Shown here: positions 24,999-31,016 of the stretch, one piece after another
Position numbering within the stretch: position 1 is the stretch's first letter
Layout of the letters: the number at the start of each line of letters is the position of its first letter
Virus record (IMG/VR): IMGVR_UViG_3300045988_070117
Coordinates: 1-41,267 of that record
Length of the DNA stretch: 41,267 nucleotides
DNA from: a virus
Direction: 5' to 3' (one strand)
Made by a program: the position numbers and the translations under genes
The notes under the pieces: generated by a model
Database searches by the model: none
Seen by the model: the letters and a program-made list of their open reading frames with translations, nothing else
Told to the model about the DNA's origin: nothing

Positions 24999-25134
24999 GG
25001 AGTTTGCCCGCGGGATGACGCCGGAGCACGCAAAGCAGCTCGTCGAAGAAAAGCTTCGCACTGGCGAAATGTCTCAGGCACAATTCGAACAGCTCAAATC
25101 GCAAGCTCAGGATTTTATGCGATTGTTACAATGA
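24922..25134 (+). CDS. Small helical hypothetical protein
   Basis: GGAGGA lies 8 nt before ATG 24922. Overlaps the upstream ORF by 77 nt. Confidence 0.55.
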   Translation: MQNPILQALRQNPQQNNPLAMVAKFKEFARGMTPEHAKQLVEEKLRTGEMSQAQFEQLKSQAQDFMRLLQ

Positions 25135-25181
25135 AATATAGGCAATAGCCTATAAATATTATGAAAGGTGGTATAACCACA

Positions 25182-25850
25182 ATGGATGGAACTCCCTCCC
25201 TCTCCGATATCGCGGCGGTAACCCGCGACAACGACGGCGCATTCGGCGGCTCCGGCGGCTGGATGTGGATAGTCGTGATCTTCCTCTTCGCCTTCATGGG
25301 CGGCGGCTTCGGCTGGGGAAATCGCGGCGCGGCGGCAGAACAGCCCGTGACCGAGGCCGGACTGTGTAACGCCATGAACTTTAACAACCTCGAGAACGCA
25401 GTCGGCAGACTGTCTGACCAGACCCAGAACCAGACTATGACGCTGGGCAACGGCATCTGCAACCTCGGCTACGAAATGCAGGGCAACATCGGACAGCTTG
25501 GCAAGGAAATCGCGCTCGGACAGGCTAACCTCGGCACTCAGATCGCGGGCAGCACGTCTGAGCTCTCCCGGCAGCTCGCCGAGTGCTGCTGCACCACACA
25601 GCGCGGCATAGATAGCGTTAATTACAATAACGCTATCAACACGGCGGCTATCAATGCCAACATTGACGCGAAATTTGCGGCAATGGAAAAGGCACAGCTG
25701 GAGCAGACGATTGCTGCACAGCAGAATCAGATCAATCAGCTGAACCTTCAGGCACAGCTCTGCGGCGTCGTAAGATACCCGATGTCGTACAGCTACACTG
25801 CCGGACAGTCGCCCTTCTGCGGCGGCTGCGGGTGCAACGGCAACGTATAA
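25182..25850 (+). CDS. Cys-rich membrane protein with a Gly-rich TM segment (alternative start 25161)
   Basis: AAAGGTGG lies before ATG 25182. Contains GGSGGWMWIVVIFLFAFMGGGFGWGN, then a Gln/Asn-rich helical region. Cys motifs are CCC and a C-terminal FCGGCGCNGNV. Confidence 0.65.
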   Translation: MDGTPSLSDIAAVTRDNDGAFGGSGGWMWIVVIFLFAFMGGGFGWGNRGAAAEQPVTEAGLCNAMNFNNLENAVGRLSDQTQNQTMTLGNGICNLGYEMQGNIGQLGKEIALGQANLGTQIAGSTSELSRQLAECCCTTQRGIDSVNYNNAINTAAINANIDAKFAAMEKAQLEQTIAAQQNQINQLNLQAQLCGVVRYPMSYSYTAGQSPFCGGCGCNGNV

Positions 25851-25881
25851 GGTATAAACGCCCTTTACGGCGAGGATTCAA

Positions 25882-25908
25882 GGGGCGGCAATAGCTGCCC
25901 CAATTTTA
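25882..25908 (+). terminator. Weak terminator-like hairpin
   Basis: GGGGCGGC AATA GCTGCCCC followed by AATTTTA (poor U-tract). Confidence 0.35.
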
Positions 25909-25929
25909 ATAAACGGAGGAAAGATTAAA

Positions 25930-26328
25930 ATGAAATCTGCTATATACACGGCGAATACCACTGCGGCTACACTTGCGGTCGGCGACATTATCCCACTCGG
26001 AACGACCATCCGGCGCTACGGGTGTAATCTCCGGCAGGATGGCAACGCCGTCACGACAACCGGTCGCGGGTATTACAAGATCACCGCCGCCGTCACAGCA
26101 GCACCCACAGCAGCCGGAGAGATCGGTGCGACACTGCTTAAGGATGGCATAGCAGTCACCGGTGCAAGCGCGTCAGCGACCGCCACGGGAGCCGGTGACG
26201 TTGTAATGCTGCCTATAACGGCAATCGTCCGTAACCTCACTGACTGTGATTCCTCGCTCCTCGCGCTGCGTCTTGACGACGGCGCCGGACAGGTTACCAA
26301 CGTCGCGGTAACTGTGGAGAAGCTGTGA
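25930..26328 (+). CDS. BclA C-terminal-domain-like (TNF/C1q-type jelly-roll) protein
   Basis: The pattern GYYKITAAVTA...LLKDGIAVTGASA...NVAVTVEKL parallels BclA-CTD (GFYKITVIANT...IQVNGVPVPGTGS...SIIIEKV). There is no collagen-like region. Confidence 0.6.
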   Translation: MKSAIYTANTTAATLAVGDIIPLGTTIRRYGCNLRQDGNAVTTTGRGYYKITAAVTAAPTAAGEIGATLLKDGIAVTGASASATATGAGDVVMLPITAIVRNLTDCDSSLLALRLDDGAGQVTNVAVTVEKL

Positions 26329-26822
26329 TGAAAGCCCACATACAGGACTATCGCGCCCGGCTCGAGAAGGAAATCGCCGAGTACCTCGCGCTTCCGGCAA
26401 GCGAGAAAAGCGCGAGGGCCGTCGACGGTATGCTCTCGTGCTGGGAACATATCCGGTCGGTCGAGCGGTGTCTGTACGGCGGCGAGGGGCATCAGAGCGC
26501 GGCTCTGAGCGCCGCCGATCTCACGGCATGGAATTCCCGTATGGACAACGCTGACGGCACCCGCGGTGGGCATTGGACGATCTCACAGACGTCCGGAGCC
26601 GCGCAGAGTGTGGGAGTGGCGTTTGAGCACATCACGCCCGAGGCGTGGAACGCCACAATGAATATGATGTACTCGGACTATTACCCCACAGCTGAGGCAT
26701 ACGGCACAGATCAGCCGGAGTTTTACGCACAGCTCGCGAAGGATTTTCTGTTCGATAAAGACGGCGGCGAACCGCTGAAAAAACTTGCAGAATATTACCG
26801 CGAAATTGTAAAAAACGCTTGA
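26328..26822 (+). CDS. Hypothetical protein (NADGTRGGHW motif)
   Basis: TGATG coupling and a GGAGAAG RBS. Last gene of the operon. Confidence 0.65.
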   Translation: MKAHIQDYRARLEKEIAEYLALPASEKSARAVDGMLSCWEHIRSVERCLYGGEGHQSAALSAADLTAWNSRMDNADGTRGGHWTISQTSGAAQSVGVAFEHITPEAWNATMNMMYSDYYPTAEAYGTDQPEFYAQLAKDFLFDKDGGEPLKKLAEYYREIVKNA

Positions 26823-26847
26823 CAAACGCGTTTGCTTGTGGTATAAT
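26819..26847 (+). promoter_or_regulatory. Consensus sigma-A promoter for a short non-coding unit
   Basis: TTGACA (26819-26824), a 17-nt spacer, then TGgTATAAT (26839-26847). Confidence 0.7.
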
Positions 26848-26852
26848 GAGAA

Positions 26853-26949
26853 TGCAGGGGCGGCGAACCCCGGCAGCCGCCTGCAAAGGCGCGGATTAAA
26901 AAGAACTCATATATCGAGGGAAAAGGGAGCGGAAACGCTCCTTTTTCTT
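26853..26949 (+). ncRNA. Candidate ~95-nt small RNA
   Basis: Own promoter and own terminator. A 5' GC-rich hairpin (26853-26885) is followed by an A/U-rich single-stranded stretch. There is no ORF with an RBS. Confidence 0.5.
26921..26949 (+). terminator. Intrinsic terminator of the sRNA unit
   Basis: AAAAG GGAGCG GAAA CGCTCC TTTTTCTT. Confidence 0.8.
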
Positions 26950-26998
26950 GTTCATATAACGTTTACAAATAAATACGGTACTTTTTCTCGTAAACCTA

Positions 26999-27027
26999 TT
27001 GACTTTTTGTACCGAATGTGATATAAT
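26999..27027 (+). promoter_or_regulatory. Near-consensus sigma-A promoter of the acidic-protein operon
   Basis: TTGACT (26999-27004), a 17-nt spacer, then TGaTATAAT (27019-27027). The GTTTAC/GTAAAC inverted repeat (26961-26966 / 26990-26995) lies just upstream. Confidence 0.7.
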
Positions 27028-27080
27028 AGATACATCAACAAGGGACGCGGATAACCCGGAAACCGCAGAAGGAGAACAAA

Positions 27081-27425
27081 ATGAAGCTTACGAATGAAAT
27101 GATTGAAAAGGTGAAGGCGGCAATCGAGGCTGACGAGAAGCACGAGATCTTCGCGATCCGCACTCAGGACGTTCCCTTCGAGGTGGGAAGAATCGATCAC
27201 AAGTCGCTCATCTGGATCGACGGCGAAATGACCGACGAAGAGCTCGACGGTATCAGCGCGACCGTCATCGATACAAATGATATCGAAAGGTCTCTGAACC
27301 GTCACAATCGCGAAGGCTACGACGGCGAGCACATCGCGATCCTCGCTGGTGGCTACTCAATGCCTGGCGAGGACGCCGGCGAAATCATCATGGAGACCCC
27401 CGACGTCATCGCGATCCTCGCGTAA
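27081..27425 (+). CDS. Acidic hypothetical protein (114 aa)
   Basis: AAGGAG RBS. By my count 26 D/E against 10 K/R. Confidence 0.7.
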   Translation: MKLTNEMIEKVKAAIEADEKHEIFAIRTQDVPFEVGRIDHKSLIWIDGEMTDEELDGISATVIDTNDIERSLNRHNREGYDGEHIAILAGGYSMPGEDAGEIIMETPDVIAILA

Positions 27426-27513
27426 ATCAACCGCTCCTGAGCCGTCGAGCGCATCGGCGGCATCCCAGAAATGAAGCTGTCCCATCGGCTTGACGGGGGA
27501 GAAGGAGAAAATC

Positions 27514-27870
27514 ATGGAGTACAAAGCAAGACTTAGCGCGGCAGAGTGGACTAACGGAAGCGGTTGGGACTGTGGAAACGGCTTCGACGTGATAGGCGAT
27601 GAAGTTGCAAGCTGGGACATCAGCGAGGGTGATCTTGACAGATGGAAACAGCTTTTCAAAGACCGTGACAGATCACTTTTCGATTACGTGATCGACGGTT
27701 TCGACGATCGCGACGATGACTACGACGAGGATCCGGACGACGAGGAAGGCGACACCAAGTGGACGATGAGGCTCATCGAGATCGATGACGAGGGCGATGA
27801 GAAGGTTCTCGCGTCGGTCTCCTACTGGGAATCGGAACTCATGGGCGACGATGAGGAAAGCGACGAATGA
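27514..27870 (+). CDS. Extremely acidic hypothetical protein (118 aa), DNA-mimic-like composition
   Basis: Trimmed to ATG 27514 (AAGGAG RBS). By my count 41 D/E against 11 K/R, with runs such as DDRDDDYDEDPDDEEGD. Confidence 0.7.
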   Translation: MEYKARLSAAEWTNGSGWDCGNGFDVIGDEVASWDISEGDLDRWKQLFKDRDRSLFDYVIDGFDDRDDDYDEDPDDEEGDTKWTMRLIEIDDEGDEKVLASVSYWESELMGDDEESDE

Positions 27871-28244
27871 AAAAAGTCATTAAAGGCGCCGTCTGCGACA
27901 CGGAGACAGCGGAGCAGATCGGCGAATCGCGGTACGACGGATATACCGAGTACCTTTACCGGACGAAATCCGGGAAGTACTTTATCCACACTGTACGGAG
28001 TAAAGGGCTCGTGCGAGAGGATATATACCTGATGACCAATACAGCCGCCGCTGATTGGATTATGGTCGCCTACGGACCCGTAGACGCCTACTACGACGCT
28101 AAGACCGGTGCGAAAAAAGAGTGGGCGAAGATCAGCGTGTCGTCGACGACCAAAGCGCTGATCGACGAGCTTCGCGGGGCATATGGGATGACTGCGAATG
28201 AGCTGATCTCAGACGCGCTTAAGACATATCGTAAAAACGCATGA
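27867..28244 (+). CDS. Hypothetical protein with a C-terminal ribbon-helix-helix-like segment
   Basis: ATGA-coupled. KISVSSTTKALIDELRGAYGMTANELISDALKTY fits a strand-helix-helix pattern. Confidence 0.65.
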   Translation: MKKVIKGAVCDTETAEQIGESRYDGYTEYLYRTKSGKYFIHTVRSKGLVREDIYLMTNTAAADWIMVAYGPVDAYYDAKTGAKKEWAKISVSSTTKALIDELRGAYGMTANELISDALKTYRKNA

Positions 28245-28247
28245 CGG

Positions 28248-28272
28248 AGCCGGGGAAGAATCCCCGGCTTTA
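28248..28272 (+). terminator. Terminator-like hairpin after the accessory operon
   Basis: AGCCGGGGA AGAA TCCCCGGCT followed by a short T run. Confidence 0.55.
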
Positions 28273-28291
28273 CACGTTTTATACACGTTTT
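28271..28291 (+). repeat. Two tandem TACACGTTTT repeats (11-bp period), candidate integrase arm-type sites
   Basis: Copies at 28271-28280 and 28282-28291. Confidence 0.5.
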
Positions 28292-28474
28292 CTCCGAAAA
28301 CAACTTTTTTCAGTACGAAAGCGATAAAACGAAAATACTCAAAATGTCAGGAAATATAGGCGTTTTCGGGATACTTTCGAAATGTCGTGAACGTGTGTGA
28401 ACTGTATCTCTGTTTCCTAGATGGTCCACCAATATACAGAAAAGTGCCGTATTTACGGCATTTTTTATTTGCCG
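28292..28474. other. Candidate attP core region
   Basis: A/T-rich non-coding stretch next to int and bracketed by the TACACG repeat pairs. The core cannot be defined without the host sequence. Confidence 0.35.
28445..28466. terminator. Bidirectional terminator-like hairpin downstream of int
   Basis: TGCCGT ATTT ACGGCA with A-rich sequence on one side and T6 on the other. Confidence 0.5.
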
Positions 28475-28496
28475 TACACGTATTTTACACGATTTT
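28475..28496 (+). repeat. Two tandem TACACG(T/A)(A/T)TTT repeats (11-bp period), second pair of candidate arm-type sites
   Basis: TACACGTATTT at 28475-28485 and TACACGATTTT at 28486-28496. They overlap the int stop codon. Confidence 0.5.
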
Positions 28497-29615
28497 ATTC
28501 AGGATTTCGAGCGCGTGCTCCTCTTCACGCGGGTATAAGTGGGAGTATGTATTCCACGTGATCGTAACATTTTTGTGCCCGAGCCGTCGTGCGACTTCCT
28601 GAATATTGATACCGCTGTTGGCAAGCAGCGACGCGTGCGAGTGTCGGAACTCGTGTATTGTGCGGTGTGGAAGTCCTGCCGCCTCCGCGAAAGCCTGATT
28701 CCGTTTCTCGATTGTCGAATCTCTCAGACAGCCAACACCACGGCAGACGAGCCAATTGTCGTTAAAGCCTGTCATGACCTGTTGTCGCTTTCTGTGGTCC
28801 TCGAGAGCGGCGACAAGAGGCTGTGGCATTTGTATGTCACGGACAGACGATAGCGTCTTTACGAGCAGCTCTGTTTCCCTCTTGCCCTTGATCTTCTGGG
28901 ATATGCTTCGCCGGACCTTGATAACATTCCCGTCGATATCGGACCATTGCAGCGCGTGTATCTCACCTTTTCTCATCCCCGTGTAAAACGCGACCATGAA
29001 GAAGATATAATAGCCCCACTCGTCAAGATCACCGCTTGCCTCGGCTCGCTGTTTCGCGACAGCAATGTAGCGGAGAAATTCGTCCGAAGTATAGTAACGG
29101 ACTTTTTTCTCCGGTACGGCAAACTCCGGTGTTTTGTATCCACCGATCTGCCGTATGGGATTCTTCGGGACATATTCCATTCGTACAGCGTAGTTGATCA
29201 TCGTCGATAGCACCTTAAGATACGTGCTGGACGTTGCCGGGCTCAGACCGAGGGCAAGAATATCCGATTTGTATTTCTGCGCCGCTACAACATTAAATTT
29301 GTCGAGCTTTATGTCCCCGACGAGAGGGATGATAGTATGTTCAAAGGTACGTCGTTTCTTGTCCCACGTGGTCTCGCGAAGCTCGTGCTTGCAGACCTCG
29401 ATATACTCGTCATACAGATCTTTCAACGTCTTCCGCGCCGCGGGAGGCGTTTTTTTGATCTCTTCGGACAGCTTCCGCTCGAGATCCTTTGCTTCGGCCG
29501 AGCCGTAGGCTACCCGGTCGATCTGCCGGGGCTTGCCGAACTGATCGACGTAGTTGATACGTACACGGTACTGTTGTTTACCGTCTTTTTTGCCGTCCAT
29601 TTTGTAGATCGGCAT
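28485..29615 (-). CDS. int: Tyrosine integrase
   Basis: The C-terminus HEFRHSHASLLANSGINIQEVARRLGHKNVTITWNTYSHLY has the R..H-x-x-R..H..Y catalytic pattern. Start trimmed to the ATG (MPIYK) with an AAGGAG RBS. Confidence 0.92.
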   Translation of the reverse strand: MPIYKMDGKKDGKQQYRVRINYVDQFGKPRQIDRVAYGSAEAKDLERKLSEEIKKTPPAARKTLKDLYDEYIEVCKHELRETTWDKKRRTFEHTIIPLVGDIKLDKFNVVAAQKYKSDILALGLSPATSSTYLKVLSTMINYAVRMEYVPKNPIRQIGGYKTPEFAVPEKKVRYYTSDEFLRYIAVAKQRAEASGDLDEWGYYIFFMVAFYTGMRKGEIHALQWSDIDGNVIKVRRSISQKIKGKRETELLVKTLSSVRDIQMPQPLVAALEDHRKRQQVMTGFNDNWLVCRGVGCLRDSTIEKRNQAFAEAAGLPHRTIHEFRHSHASLLANSGINIQEVARRLGHKNVTITWNTYSHLYPREEEHALEILNKIV

Positions 29616-29636
29616 GATGTTCACGCTCCTTTTGCT

Positions 29637-29678
29637 AAAAAGTGGTTATTTCCGGAATGGAAACAACCACTTATTTTT
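29637..29678. terminator. Bidirectional intrinsic terminator between the Zn-ribbon membrane gene and int
   Basis: 14-bp stem AAGTGGTTATTTCC/GGAAACAACCACTT (1 mismatch) flanked by A5 and T-rich runs. Confidence 0.7.
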
Positions 29679-30243
29679 ATTCCACGATTACACAACGGTC
29701 TATGGTAAGGGTTAAATTAAAATTACCCACCTTGCCATAAAGCGTGATGGTATCTCCAACTGCGAGATTCGCGACCTTATCAACCTCACTCTGGTCGCTG
29801 AAATAACATTGTGCATATTCCCACGTTAAGTCTGTGCCGTCGTTGACGCAGACATATATATTGTTAAGCACATCTTTCCCAATGTCCTTAACTTTGCCGG
29901 TGATCTTCACGAACTTGTCTTTGTACTTCTGATCAGCGGCGACTTCGTTTGTCTGGTATTCGTCGAGCATGGTCATAACATCGGCAAATTCATATTCGAT
30001 AGTAGGGGAATCTTTCCCGACAACTACCGTTCCATTCTGGTTGGTATCTATAGAACCTCCCGTAGGCTGATCGGAGTTATTTTTGCCGCTGTTGCCGCCG
30101 ATAACGGCGATCGCAATAACGGCTACAACAATAACCGGAATCAACCATTTCGGCATTTTCTTCTTCCTGCTGACATTACCTCCACAGTATGGGCAGGTGT
30201 TCGCGTCGTCCGGAATGTCGCGGTTGCATTTCTTACACTGCAT
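29677..30243 (-). CDS. Zn-ribbon / single-TM / extracellular OB-fold-like (tRNA_anti-like) membrane protein
   Basis: MQCKKCNRDIPDDANTCPYCG, then TM WLIPVIVVAVIAIAVIG. The C-terminus reads ...VAADQKYKDKFVKITGKVKDI...GDTITLYGKV. Confidence 0.7.
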   Translation of the reverse strand: MQCKKCNRDIPDDANTCPYCGGNVSRKKKMPKWLIPVIVVAVIAIAVIGGNSGKNNSDQPTGGSIDTNQNGTVVVGKDSPTIEYEFADVMTMLDEYQTNEVAADQKYKDKFVKITGKVKDIGKDVLNNIYVCVNDGTDLTWEYAQCYFSDQSEVDKVANLAVGDTITLYGKVGNFNLTLTIDRCVIVE

Positions 30244-30259
30244 AGTGCCTCTCCTCTCA

Positions 30260-30697
30260 TCAATATCTCAGCCACCCCGCGCCGGGGTTCAGGATATCGA
30301 TCATAAATATTAAACATATAAACGTCATCAAAGCAATAGCCAGGATGAACACCGCTCGGAACTGTTTCCGCTGATATTCGAACTGCCTCTCAAAAAGCAG
30401 CCTCATTTCCGTAATGGCAGAATTTTCCATTTTTGAATCTTCGCTCCCATTCTCGGGAATAGTCTCATTTTCTGCGTCAATCGTCTCATTCTGCGTCCCG
30501 TCTTCGGCTATCAGCCACTCGACTGAAACATCCAAAGACTGTGCGATAAGTTCGACCGTGGAATACTTAACCGATATCGTGCCGTCGTAAATGCGATACA
30601 GCGTGGTCTTCGAAACGCCCGACTGATCGGCAAATTGCTGTACTGTCATTCCCTTTTCCGCAAGCTTGCCTTTCAACCGTGGGATATTTACCTTCAT
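30260..30697 (-). CDS. XRE-family HTH regulator with a C-terminal TM anchor
   Basis: The HTH is MTVQQFADQSGVSKTTLYRIYDG. The C-terminal hydrophobic helix is AVFILAIALMTFICLIFMIDIL. Confidence 0.8.
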   Translation of the reverse strand: MKVNIPRLKGKLAEKGMTVQQFADQSGVSKTTLYRIYDGTISVKYSTVELIAQSLDVSVEWLIAEDGTQNETIDAENETIPENGSEDSKMENSAITEMRLLFERQFEYQRKQFRAVFILAIALMTFICLIFMIDILNPGAGWLRY

Positions 30698-30749
30698 TTT
30701 GGTTCACTTCTCTCTCACAAAATTGGTAATCATTTCCAGAAACTAGGGC

Positions 30750-30778
30750 TTGCTATTACGCTTTGTATGATGTATAAT
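30750..30778 (+). promoter_or_regulatory. Rightward promoter of switch A
   Basis: TTGCTA (30750-30755), a 17-nt spacer, then TATAAT (30773-30778). Confidence 0.65.
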
Positions 30779-30792
30779 ATGTTTACAGGTAC

Positions 30793-30821
30793 ATTATATC
30801 ACCTTTTGAACGAAATGTCAA
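30793..30821 (-). promoter_or_regulatory. Leftward consensus promoter of switch A, face-to-face with the rightward one
   Basis: On the minus strand: TTGACA (30821-30816), a 17-nt spacer, then TGaTATAAT (30801-30793). Confidence 0.65.
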
Positions 30822-30865
30822 GTATCCGAACGAAATTTCTCGAAAAAAGATGAAATCGAACGAAA
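30808..30865 (+). repeat. Three direct GAACGAAA repeats (candidate operators)
   Basis: Copies at 30808-30815, 30828-30835 and 30858-30865, spaced 20 and 30 bp apart. Confidence 0.6.
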
Positions 30866-30877
30866 AGAGGTTACATA

Positions 30878-30982
30878 ATGAAGAATCTGAGATCGTTAAT
30901 CAACCAAATGCTCGACCGCGCGACCGACGCACAGCTAAGAGCCGTCTACGCATTCATTCGGCGCCTGATGAGGGACGAATGA
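30878..30982 (+). CDS. Small hypothetical protein (34 aa), cro-like position
   Basis: ORF is below the track cutoff. AAGAGG RBS lies 7 nt upstream. Sequence MKNLRSLINQMLDRATDAQLRAVYAFIRRLMRDE. Followed directly by a terminator. Confidence 0.45.
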   Translation: MKNLRSLINQMLDRATDAQLRAVYAFIRRLMRDE

Positions 30983-31016
30983 AAAGGAGTGGGAAAATTC
31001 CCACTCCTTTTTTATT
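30983..31016. terminator. Strong bidirectional intrinsic terminator
   Basis: Perfect 12-bp stem AAAGGAGTGGGA/TCCCACTCCTTT with loop AAAT, A- and T-rich flanks. It abuts the stop codons of both convergent genes. Confidence 0.85.

Noticed and set aside
24399-25061. 220-aa minus-strand ORF across the terminator and promoter at 24528-24587
   Set aside because: It spans a strong plus-strand terminator and promoter and is antisense to better-supported genes.
26836-27021. 61-aa ORF covering the sRNA unit
   Set aside because: It would start inside the -10 region and read through an intrinsic terminator. It has no RBS.
28387-28602. 71-aa plus-strand ORF in the attP/int 3' region
   Set aside because: It lies in A/T-rich non-coding DNA, crosses a terminator hairpin and runs antisense into int.
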